A stretch of 64,000 bases of DNA from Vitrella brassicaformis CCMP3155 (lineage: Eukaryota; Protista; Chromerida): NCBI GenBank assembly GCA_001179505.1, contig CDMY01000510.1, positions 248,001-312,000 on the forward strand, in the 5' to 3' direction. The position numbers and the translations under genes are program-made. The first letter of the stretch is position 1, and each line of letters begins with the position of its first letter. Positions 36,134-47,004 of the stretch are shown here, piece after piece. A model generated the notes under the pieces. That model did no database searches. It saw only the letters and a list, made by a program, of their open reading frames with translations, and was not told the DNA's origin.

Positions 36134-38113
36134 TCAGACCCCGCCCTCCATGGCCGCTTCAAACACCACCCACTGCCACTGCTCCGCGTCTCTTCGCCGC
36201 TCATCCTCCACCCAGCCCTCCGCTTCCTGTGTCTCGACTAACGACCAATTCTCCTCATCCGCCGCCTTGCTGTGCTGCGCAGTGGGTCGGACGCGCCTTG
36301 ACCACAGCCGCTTAAAGAAAGACCCCAGACTCCACCTGGCCCTTGTACTGTTGGCAGCTCTTTCTTGCTGGTCTTGCTGCTGCTGCTGCTGCTGTTGCTG
36401 CTGCTGCAGAGTGACCTCATCAGTTTCGGCAGCCATCACGGCCTCACGCCTCTCCTCTGTGGCCGGGGGAGGGAGCTTGGAAGCGGACGAGGGCATCTCG
36501 AGACACGACGGCAACGATCCGGTCTCGCCCATGCCGCTCGAAAGCACTCTTCCGGCCACGCCATCTAGCGAAGGCGATGCCGCCTCGCTGTCACTGCTGC
36601 CCGTCGGCCGCTTGGCTTCATCAGAGACAACCGAAAATTGGTCGTTGCTGCTGAGCCTCCGCTCAAGCTCCAGCATGGTGCGCAATATATCCTCCAGCTC
36701 CGGGCGCTTCTCGGCCTCCTGCTGAAGAGCTCCTTGAGCTAGGCGACTTATGTCTTTCGCAAGATGTGTCGCCCACTCCAACTCCGTCTCCTCCCTCTTG
36801 TGCAGCGGCTTAATGTTCGGGCGAAAGTTCCTGGCGAGGCCGTCGTTGTCAAAGAGACTCTGGCAGAAGCTGCTCCAGTGGAAACAGTGTTCTAGATCCT
36901 TCCTGAGTCTCTCCCGCTTCAGCTTCTCCTGCAACTCCTGCACCTCCTCGGCCGGCTTATTCTCCCTCTTGGCCTGTTTGAAGGCGGCGTCGAGCCGGTA
37001 GATGATATTGGTGAGCATCGAGTACGAATCCCCAGAGACGAAATGGCGGAGGTGGTGGCCGACCCCCCAGCTGAGCGCCCTTGAGCTGATGAAGATGGCA
37101 TCCCCCTCCTTGGTCATGGTGCCGCATTCCTTCATTCCCCCCTTGATTCCCTCCACCACGCAGTCGATCACCTCCTTCTCTACCCCCCGTGTCTCTGTGA
37201 TTTCACAGATTGTCTCCCACCTCAACACTGTCGTCTCGGGCGGGGCAAAAAAGGGCTTCAGGCCGACGATCTGCAGCTGCTTCTTCTGCTCTCTGTGGTC
37301 AGTCGGCACTCTTGCGAGGCCCCGACCTGCTCCCTGGGGAGGCTGGTCTGCGCGCAGCGCGTTGGCGGGATCGATCATCACACTGCCTGGGCAGTGAGCG
37401 AGAAAGGGCGGCTGGCGAGGGAGGGTGGTGGATGGACATGGGCAGCATGACAAAAATACCTCTCTGTCGACGAGCGAAGTCCACCGCAAGAACACATCAC
37501 TCGCCAGGTTGTCAAGGGCGTAGAGAAGCGCGTTTGAGGCGGTGATGTGGGCGTGGATTAACAAACAGATAGCCCGGATGCCAATAAGCACCTCCTTCCT
37601 GGCTTCAGTGGCTGCTGTGGCTGACAAGGGCCCCTTGTACTGCTGCGAGATCTTCCGCATGTTGTATCTTGAGATGGCGGCGCCGATCTCGATGAACTCG
37701 TGCTGGGCCGGGTCATCGCCGCTTGACACCCAGGGTGTGACCGGGACGATGATCGGTCGCTTGGTCGCCTCGTCTCCCTCTCCCTCGATGAACATTGCCG
37801 GCTGCTCTGTGTCGGTGCTGGCGTGGTACAGCGGCAGGAAGCCCCTCTCCCGAAGGTTTGCACTGCCGCCCGCCAGCTTGGCAAGATCTTCCAGCCGCTG
37901 CCGCTCGCTGATCAGGCAGGCGATGTCGGTCTCCACCAACTTCTCGTCCGTCATAACCGTTTTGAATGCGGCCTCCTCCCCCCCACAGTAGACGCCTTGG
38001 TAGACTTTAGAGAGGGCGCCCTTCTCCGACCGCATCTTCATCTCAAACGTGTGGTCCTCCTCCCCGCACCGAATGCTGATGGCTGTTGGTCTTGGCACTT
38101 GCGTCAAAGGCAT
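36134..38113 (-). CDS. Intronless protein-kinase-fold pseudokinase (659 aa from ATG 38113)
   Basis: Kinase subdomain equivalents appear in order: KGALSKVYQG (Gly loop), AAFK (beta-3 Lys), ISERQRL (alpha-C Glu), VTPWVSSG (hinge), IHAHITASNALL (HRDxxxxN without Asp), MIDPAN (DFG position), GLKPFFAPPE (APE) and EKRPELEDIL (subdomain XI). A polyQ tail follows. Confidence 0.72.
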   Translation of the reverse strand: MPLTQVPRPTAISIRCGEEDHTFEMKMRSEKGALSKVYQGVYCGGEEAAFKTVMTDEKLVETDIACLISERQRLEDLAKLAGGSANLRERGFLPLYHASTDTEQPAMFIEGEGDEATKRPIIVPVTPWVSSGDDPAQHEFIEIGAAISRYNMRKISQQYKGPLSATAATEARKEVLIGIRAICLLIHAHITASNALLYALDNLASDVFLRWTSLVDREVFLSCCPCPSTTLPRQPPFLAHCPGSVMIDPANALRADQPPQGAGRGLARVPTDHREQKKQLQIVGLKPFFAPPETTVLRWETICEITETRGVEKEVIDCVVEGIKGGMKECGTMTKEGDAIFISSRALSWGVGHHLRHFVSGDSYSMLTNIIYRLDAAFKQAKRENKPAEEVQELQEKLKRERLRKDLEHCFHWSSFCQSLFDNDGLARNFRPNIKPLHKREETELEWATHLAKDISRLAQGALQQEAEKRPELEDILRTMLELERRLSSNDQFSVVSDEAKRPTGSSDSEAASPSLDGVAGRVLSSGMGETGSLPSCLEMPSSASKLPPPATEERREAVMAAETDEVTLQQQQQQQQQQQDQQERAANSTRARWSLGSFFKRLWSRRVRPTAQHSKAADEENWSLVETQEAEGWVEDERRRDAEQWQWVVFEAAMEGGV

Positions 38114-38148
38114 CGTGGCTGCTCCCAATGCAAAGATCTGAAACGCCG

Positions 38149-38448
38149 NNNNNNNNNNNNNNNNNNNNNNNNNNNNNNNNNNNNNNNNNNNNNNNNNNNN
38201 NNNNNNNNNNNNNNNNNNNNNNNNNNNNNNNNNNNNNNNNNNNNNNNNNNNNNNNNNNNNNNNNNNNNNNNNNNNNNNNNNNNNNNNNNNNNNNNNNNNN
38301 NNNNNNNNNNNNNNNNNNNNNNNNNNNNNNNNNNNNNNNNNNNNNNNNNNNNNNNNNNNNNNNNNNNNNNNNNNNNNNNNNNNNNNNNNNNNNNNNNNNN
38401 NNNNNNNNNNNNNNNNNNNNNNNNNNNNNNNNNNNNNNNNNNNNNNNN
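38149..38448. other. Assembly gap (300 N)
   Basis: Run of N characters. Confidence 1.
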
Positions 38449-38768
38449 AGACGCCCCCCACTCTAACTTGAAGGGCACACAGTACGATGCGACCTTCTCG
38501 TGGTGGCATGCAGTAGAGTGCAAGATATATCTGCAATGCACCCGAGCCCCAGTGCAGCCGGCGCGTAAAAAGATCTAGGGTTTCTCCAGGCCAAGACTGA
38601 CAGATCGACCTTGACGCCCGTCATTTTCCAACGTTTCTTCATTCTTCGCCTTTTCCAACGTTTCTCTCATCGTTTTTCTTCAACGCTCCTTCCCTTCCAG
38701 CCATCCCTTCATAGCTCATCCCTCTCCCGCAGCAGCAGCAACCCAGCCCATCCGCCTTTGCCGGAAGA

Positions 38769-39907
38769 ATGAAGATCTCCTCCCAAATGAAGCTCCTCGC
38801 CCTTTGTCTGGCGTACGCAGTGTCGGTGCGGCGCGCCGCGGCCATGGCGGCAAGAAACACCCGCGAGATCTTCCAGCACACCATGGCGCCCGTCAGCCTC
38901 GCCGAGGAGGACGCGCCGGTGTCGGTGGATGTGCCGGTTGGCGAGAGGAACATCACCATCAGGTGGGCGGGCCCGACCGACACGGCGGATGACGCAGATC
39001 TCCAGGAAAACGTGACGGCCGACAACAACATCGGCTCCGGCTGCCGCCAGCACTTCCCCAGTCCGCTGCGGTACAAGATCAACCCCGGCAAGCTCTCCCT
39101 CTCCCACAGGGAGCGCCTGCAGCACCTGCTGCAGCACAACCACTTCTCCCACCCCGACGCATCGCCCATCGTCCTGCTGGCGGCAGATCCCGCCGACGAC
39201 GAGTCTGACGCGGAGGATTCCTTCGACACGGGCAACGCCACCGAGTGGAAGGACACCGATATCGAGGAGACCGGCGAGGCGGACGAGCAGGGGGACGAGG
39301 GAGCCGACACGTCCATGGCCCTGCAGGTGGACAGCCCCGTGCGGCAGCATCTGCGGTCGCACCGCTCGCACCATCCAGTGGTGTTCCTGGAGACCGGCAG
39401 CTGGGGGCCGGTGACAGTGCCGACCAACAAGGAGATCGACCTGCCCAAGGACACACCCACCATCGGACAGCGAAGTGAGCGGGCTGCACAGAGAGGGGAG
39501 GGGAGGGAGGGAGGGGAGATGGGTGGAGGGTGTGTGTGTCACGTGTGGTGTGTTTTGTATGGTGTGTTTTGTGTCAGAGTGGACTCGCCCGACGTTCAGC
39601 CCTTCTGGTTCCTCGGCCACCAGTGCGCCCACGGAGGCCCCTTCAGCCACGATGGAGCAGGAACCCGAAAGCAAATGTGAGCAAAGGAAACACACAGCCG
39701 GACTGCGCGTGTCGATGTGGGTTGTTGCTTTGTGGGGTGTGTGTGTGTGTGTGTGATCAGGGTTGAATGATATGCGGGGTATGATGGAGAGCACCACCAC
39801 GAGTGCCCCGGCAGCCGCCGGCAAATCTGCACCAGCACCCACGAGCTCGGGCGGCGTCGACGGATGTAACCAGCCCCCTCCCCCCAACACACACCCACAC
39901 CCACACC

Positions 39908-39938
<31 letters not shown>

Positions 39939-41227
39939 GGGAGAGAGGACACACACACACACACACACACACATTTCCATCTCCCTCTCTCTGCGTGTGT
40001 GTGGTGTCTGTTAGGGTTGGATCAGTGGAAGAACTGGAGGTCCACGTCCACCGCAGCGCCCTCGTCGAGAGGATCGGCCAAGACCACACCAGCCCCATCC
40101 ACAGATGGAGAAGAGGAAGACGGAGAGGAGGACGATACCGACACAGAGACCGACACGGACAAGAAGAAGCCATGTAACGTCTCAACACACAGCCCAACAC
40201 CAAGATACACAGACAAATGATGCATTTCCTCTGTGTGTGTCTTGTGTGTGGATGGGGCGTGCGTGTGTGTGTGTTGCCAGCGCGTTTGGGCCGGTGGCTG
40301 GGTCGCATCACCGGCAAGGAGGGCGATGAGGGCGCCAAGCTCATCGGCATAGGTGACAACTCCACCACCGAACTATCCCAGTTTGCCCAAGGTAAAACAC
40401 AATTCGAAAAAGGTGAGCGGGCCCCCTGCTGTCCTCCCTCCCCTCCCCCTCCCCCTCTCCCTCTTCATGTGTTGTGCTGTGTGTCATGTGTGTGTGATGA
40501 ACCAGATATTTTGAACGGCCACAACAAGCTGCGCAAGGGAGCGGGTCTGAAACCGGTCAAGTGGAGCGGTGCACTGGCCAAGTTCATGCGGGGCCACCTC
40601 AAGACCCTCCACCAGCAGAACAGCTGCAGGATGATGCACAGCACCAACCAGCAGCGCACCAAGGTCACTGACATGACTGACTTCACACACCACACACCCC
40701 GCACACACAACACACACGTGTACCTTCTCTTTGTGTGTGTGTGCAGGTGGGCAAGTTCCAGCGAGTCGGTGAGAACCTATACATGAGCTGGGGCAGCCAG
40801 TCCGCCAAGCCCAAAGGTGCGGGTGTGGCCAACTCGTGGTACGACGAGGTGCACTGCTACCGGTACGGCCCCATCGGCAACAGCTGCACCACATACCCCA
40901 ACTCCAAATGCACCGCTGAGACGGGATTCCCACAAGACCCCAGATACGTCATGACCGGTATGTGTGACGCACACACCCTCCCCCCTCCCCACTCCCCTCC
41001 ACCCCTTTTTGTGCGTGTGTGCAGGTCACTTCACGCAGCTGATGTGGGAGAGCGTGACGCACATCGGCTGTGCGATGCACGGGTGCGGCAAGGTGAGCGG
41101 CCGCTGGTCGTTCCTTGCGGGCTGCGTGTACGGGTCCACCACCAAGCCCTACGGCGGCAACATGTACGGCCAGTACCCCTTCAGCGACAAGGTGGCCGCC
41201 AAGCTCAAGATCCCCGCCTGTGCCTAG
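38769..41227 (+). CDS. Secreted CAP/SCP/PR-1 superfamily protein with a long acidic and Thr-rich N-terminal region; multi-exon
   Basis: Signal-like start MKLLALCLAYAVSV. CAP motifs: ILNGHNKLRK..VKWSGALA, VGENLY, WYDEVHCY, GHFTQLMWESVTHIGCA and CVY..GGNMYGQYPF. Confidence 0.88.
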
Positions 41228-42250
41228 CCTAGCTAGACAGAGAGATGTTTAATCCCCCGTAGACGGACGGACGGACAGAGATGCGAGATGCGAGATGCGC
41301 CTGACGACCGGTGTGTATGTCGGGTGATATGCTTAGCTTAGTTGCTGACTTCTTCTTTTGGTAGAGAGAGGGTGGTGGTGGATGCTTGCTACTGTCTTGT
41401 TGCGTGAGACACATACACGCATTCAAGTGTGTGCACAGATCACACAATGATCAGTGTCATCAGCCACGAAGACGGTGGGTACACCACACCAAATCTGATC
41501 TGATTGCCCTCCCTCAGCGCGCGCCAACTCACTCAACAGCTGCCGGCCTCTCAGTAGCACCCACACACACAGACAGACACACAGCATTTCATCTTGCAAT
41601 CGTCTGTGACATCTCTATACGCCCGATTTTTGAGTTCTGCGCTGCTGCCCTATCAGCACCGGTCCTCATGTCGCGGGAAAGGTGCTGATTCGACAACAGC
41701 GAAGACCGCAAGAATCGGCCGCATCTGATGAATCAATGGATGGAGGCCGATGACACGATAGACAGACAGACAGGTGTGGCATCTTCTCCCTTGTTGTCCG
41801 CCGATTAGCATGGTGCTCTCGTCAGATGGCGGAGCACGAGGACGACAGACGCACCGCAGGCTGGGCGTCTGTCACCCGAGCCTGGGCACGTCTGCAGGCC
41901 AAGCTCGACATCTGATGAGCAATGCCATGCGCACCGATGCGGTAGAGGACCGGCCAGACCAGTATGTGTGTGTGTATATGCAGATCAGGCGCATGTGTGC
42001 ATCTGTCTGTGTGTGTGTATTCCAGGTCGGCACGAAGGCAGACATGGCAAAAGAGTGTGGAAAACTGCCGCATGGACGAGAGTGTCACTCACTGACCAGG
42101 AGCGATAGCACTACATCCACCACCACCCCAATCCCATTGCATCACACGTCTATGCACAAAACGGAGTCCCTCCCTCCCCCCCTGCTCTCCTCTTGTCCAA
42201 GGAGCCATTGATTGATCTGATCATTCCCCCCCCCCCCCCCCCCCCCCCCC

Positions 42251-42550
42251 NNNNNNNNNNNNNNNNNNNNNNNNNNNNNNNNNNNNNNNNNNNNNNNNNN
42301 NNNNNNNNNNNNNNNNNNNNNNNNNNNNNNNNNNNNNNNNNNNNNNNNNNNNNNNNNNNNNNNNNNNNNNNNNNNNNNNNNNNNNNNNNNNNNNNNNNNN
42401 NNNNNNNNNNNNNNNNNNNNNNNNNNNNNNNNNNNNNNNNNNNNNNNNNNNNNNNNNNNNNNNNNNNNNNNNNNNNNNNNNNNNNNNNNNNNNNNNNNNN
42501 NNNNNNNNNNNNNNNNNNNNNNNNNNNNNNNNNNNNNNNNNNNNNNNNNN
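42251..42550. other. Assembly gap (300 N) flanked by poly-C
   Basis: Run of N characters with C homopolymers on both sides. Confidence 1.
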
Positions 42551-43367
42551 CCCCCCCACACACACACACACACACTCCCAGCCGCAACACCATCCACCAG
42601 TCAGTCGACGAGAGAAAAAGTGATCCATCGATCGAGATCGATCGGCAAAGTAAAGTCACGGGTCGGCTCAGGCAGGGAGGCCGAGCGAACCGCAGAGAAA
42701 AATCCCATGTGTGTGTGGACGACAGAGAGGGAGAGAGAGAGAATGCCAGACAGACAGACAGAGACCCAATGAATGAGCACATGATGGCATGATGCCAGCC
42801 AGGTAGACATCAACACACACACACACACACACACAGAGCATCGCAGAGAGACAGAGAAAAGGGGCGGACGGCAGGCAGGCAGGCAGCTAGCGGCAGGGGG
42901 GAGCAGCCAGGAGCGAGCAGCCCACCCAGCGATCGCTGCCGTGGGACACACAAAAATAGGACGATTGATGGCACTTCGTCAACACACACACATGGCCGGC
43001 CGCTGGGTGTGTGTGTGCGTATGTGTAGGCGTCGACATGAGGGCAGCCACACAGACAGACCATCCGGCGACAGATATATATAAAGAGAGAGACTCGTATA
43101 TATGCTACACACTCCTTCTTTCTCCTCTTCTCTCCCCTCGGCTCTCCCACGCTCCCCTGCTCCCACCGAAAAAGAAGACCCTTACAGAGAGACGTATGTA
43201 TTGTATCCCACACACAGACACAAATCCACAGACACACATCCATCCGTCCACAGACACACACATAAACTTGCCTCGCTCCCTCATAGCTATGTACCGCTGG
43301 CTGCCACGCCCCGGACGAACATCCATCCATACAGTCAGCAGAATCTCTGTGTTGGAGTATCTATCGA

Positions 43368-46300
43368 TCACATCTCGTCCATGTCGAGCGTGGCGTCGTG
43401 TGGCATCGTCTCGCGGACTGTCCGGAAACCCCGCTCGGGCGACACCAAGCCGAGATTGCTGACACTGCACACACACGACAAGAGAAAAGGGCGTGTCTGT
43501 CTGTCTGGCTGGCTCGGTGCGGGTGTGTGTGTGTGGGTGGGTGGGTGGGTGCTGACCGTGATGTGTAGATGCAGGAGTAATCCTGAACCTGAAGTGACGA
43601 TGGATGGAAGCACAGAGAGAGAGAGAGAGAGAGAAAAGGGTCGGTCTTTGCTGTGTGTGGGAAGGGAGGGCACCTATGTGTGTGTTTGTGTCGGAGCCCT
43701 GCCCTCACCTGTTTGGCGAACCGAGAGTCTTGGTATCCCGCTTTGAAGAGCTGCCCCCATATGGGATGGAAACGGCTGTGGTACAACTGATGACCACAAC
43801 CACAACCACACACACAACACACAACACACACACGCAACCAAAGCAGTCACGTCACCTTGTGTGCCACCTCTGCGCCACTGACTGACCCAGTTCATTTCCT
43901 TGAGCTTCAGCTTGTGGTCCTGCTGCTCAGCCTCCCACCGATGGATCTGTCCACACACACATTCAGGCACCCATACACACACATGATCAGATCAGATCGC
44001 CCACCAACACAACACACGAACCACCCACACGCACCTGCTCGACCAGTATCTGCTCGGCCCTCGCGAGGTTCTCATCCTCATGCTCGTGCCGCAAGTGCAG
44101 CAGTGGCGACTCATCCGCGTCACCATCTGCAGGAGCATCATGGCCATGGTAGTTGTTGACCTGGTGGTGGGTGTGGGTGTGGTCGGCATGGGCCACCACA
44201 TGCGGCATCCGGGGATCGGCATCAAGATCAAGATCAAGATGCTCATCACTCCCCTGTGCCAAGGCGTGTGTGTGCGGGGGTCTGGGTGTCCTCATTCGGG
44301 TGGTCCGCAGGCTGACGAGCTGCATCTTGAGGTCGTCGAGGACCACGTCGATGTCCTGCATTTCGTTTCTCATTCGCTGAATGGTGCCGGCGAGCTGACA
44401 CACACGAGATAAAGGTGGATGGGGGATGGGGGAGGGGGAGAGGGGAAAAGCATATGTGTGTGTGGGTCACGTACATCTTTCTCCTGCTGGAGGATCTTGA
44501 CTTCGTAAGCCAGCTCAGGCACGATCTGACATGTCCGCCAACCCAAATTCCTCTTCCCTGGTTATCAACACACACACACACACACACACGCAGAGCAGAG
44601 CAGAGCAGAGCAGACACACACACTTGGTGCCCATGACATGGGAGGTCGTGTGTCAGCCCAGTCAGTGTGTGTGACCTTGGAGGATGTCCGAGTACATGTG
44701 GTCGCCCACATAGAGAATCTCGCTGCCCCGCGACTCTACCCGCAGCAGCTTGTGCAGGTGCTTCCAGTTGCCCCCCTGGAACACATGACCCTGGTCGATG
44801 GATCGATCAACACGCACACAGACAGAGGAGAGGTGAGATGAACTCGTGTGTGAGGTGAGAGTGGGTATGTCTGTGGCGTGGCGTGGGTTTGGTTAGGTTA
44901 CTTTTTGCAAAAACCTCTGTATGCTGTCCTCATCTCCGTCGACAATGGTGAGGTCGGCGTTGGCCAGACTGCCGTCCGTCGTGTTGACGCGGAACAGCTG
45001 CAGATTGGGGTCGTTCAGAAAATCTGATCAATCCGCATGGCATACACACACACATAAAGGCCACAGACGAGTGCCCAGATGGCTGCCATCTAGTTACTCG
45101 GTTTCCCGCTGCCGACGATGACGATGTCGAAGAGTTCCAGCCAGTCCAAGCCCCGCTCCTCTTCATAGTTGTTGCTGTTGCAAGAATGGCAAAGCAGAGA
45201 TGGTCGGGCGTTGCGCTGCGTTGCGTGTCCCGGCTCCGGCTCACCCGACTATGAAGTTCATGGCCACATGGGTGTAGTCCCAGTGGCTGTTGGTCAGCAG
45301 AAACACCTACACATCACACATACAACAAAAACACACACACACATAAGCCAAGCCATCCGCCATGGTGTGGTGCCTTCCGCTCCCTCCCTCCCGCCACTGC
45401 CCACCCCACTCACTCCCTCAGTCACCTTCTTGCCGCTGGCTCGGTATCTCTGTATCATGGGCACGATGTTGAGGTCGGGGAATACGTATCTCGCGGGGTC
45501 CTGTGCGACGGTCTCCTTGATGGTGCCGTCGCGGTGGCACATGTCCACGCAGTGATGCACCTCGTCGAACATCTGGGAGTAGGGCGGGAAGGACAAGTCG
45601 GGCCGGGTGTCCTTCAGGTCCACCAGCTGGGCGAACAGACACGCGTCGACCAGCTGCACAGCACACAACCACAAACAGGGAGAGAGAGAGAGGGTGATGA
45701 GACTGCCCAGCCCATTGTGTGAGTCTGATCTTGTTCGTTCTGTCTTTGTGACCTGGAAGAGGGTGTCGATGGCGACATAGTGTTTCTCCGAGAAGGACGG
45801 CATTCGATCGAAGTACTCGAGGTAGAGCGTCCTCTTCTGCTCCGAGTTGAGCATCCGGGTGCCGTGGAAGACCGTTTTGACGTACTTGTGCCGGTCGACC
45901 TTCAGGAAGTTGCCCCTGGCCTTGTCGATGACGACACCCCGCCGAAACAAGGCCGGGTTGTACTGGAAGGCGAGTATTTCCTTTGGGTAGCCGTACTTGT
46001 AGACGAGCTTCTCCTGCGCCCCCCGGTAGCCCAGCAGGTCGAAGGCCACATTGTACTGCGCCAGGGTGAAGTCCATGTCGAAGCCGACCGCACGGATCTT
46101 GCGCATCTCCAGCTCACGGTTGCAAAAGATGTCCTACCAGACAGACAGACAGACAGACAACAGAAGCACGTGTGAGGAAAGTACAGTTACTTGTCTGCCT
46201 GTCTGGCTGTCTGTCTGGCTGTCTGTCTATCTGTCTGGGCCCTCACCTTGTTGCCCGACGTCCGATGATGCGGCACTTCGGTTTCGGTGGTGGCGGCCTT

Positions 46301-46849
46301 CCACTGCGGCTCCCCACTTCGCTGCAGATCCACCCTGTCCAAAGTCACCACATCGATGCCGTCCTCGTCGAACTTATAGATGGGGGGCGAGTGGCTGGTC
46401 CTCGGCGCAAGGAACACGCCCTCGGCGGGGTTGCTTTGCAACGGACCCACCAGGGACGACACCACACTGGCGTCAGACACAGAAGAACCCACAGGCAGAT
46501 CCTCATCGCCATCATCACCACCAGTATTATCGCTTTCTGACGGGGGCGCCTCGACAGCTGCCGTCGCCGCGTCTGTGTCGGCCTCGCCGAGCCGCACCGT
46601 TGCCGCGACCCGCCGCCTTGGCGGCCTCACGAGATCCACCGAGCGCTTGTGCCTCTGTGAGCCGAGCAGCCTCCTTGACGGGAACTGAAAGGCCGAGTGG
46701 GAGGCGGGCTCCAGCTGACGCTGCGGTGATGCTGAGAGTGGAGCACTCCTTCCAGCAGTGAGCAGCAGTGAGCATCCCCAGAAGAGAGAGCGGATCCGCG
46801 ATGGGATAGAGGAGCTCTTGGCGCAGGAAGATTCCAGCGTGGTGGCCAT
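43368..46849 (-). CDS. HAD-superfamily 5'-nucleotidase (cN-II/NT5DC family); multi-exon, with a long N-terminal extension
   Basis: IFCNRELEMRKIRAVGFDMDFTLAQY (HAD motif I), RRGVVIDKARGNFLKVD, MCHRDGTIK, FLLTNSHWDYT and FHPIWGQLFKAGYQDSRFAKQV..YTS..SNL..MPHD. Confidence 0.92.
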
Positions 46850-46923
46850 AGCTGCAGGCGTAGATGCTCGGCTCAGGCAGCTGCGTTTCCCCTCCAGACG
46901 ACCAGCCGATTCCTCACTGAGAC

Positions 46924-46936
46924 TGCGAGCTTAGCT
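46924..46936 (+). promoter_or_regulatory. Candidate promoter motif TGCGAGCTTAGCT between the divergent nucleotidase and BTB-TLDc genes
   Basis: Exact match in the 155-bp gap between the two ATGs. Confidence 0.6.
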
Positions 46937-47004
46937 CATCCTGACAGTTTCGCGATTCCGACGCTAACCGAAAGCGGCATCGCTATCTCTTTGGTTTGTT
47001 CGCC

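Noticed and set aside
36134-38113. Assignment of the pseudokinase to rhoptry kinases (ROPK) or FIKK
   Set aside because: There is no signal peptide and no family-specific motif that I could recognise. Only a generic kinase-fold resemblance is supported.
38086-38578. ORFs spanning N runs (also 42142-42792), including an apparent 800-aa version of the pseudokinase
   Set aside because: These are artefacts of translating gaps. Paralog homology begins at the MPLT start (38113).
38709-39980. Long antisense ORFs (423 aa and 274 aa) opposite the CAP gene, and similar shadows opposite the IGHMBP2, NADK and GT exons
   Set aside because: These are GC-rich shadow frames of real genes, contain microsatellite-derived CVCV/HTHT runs and show no motifs.
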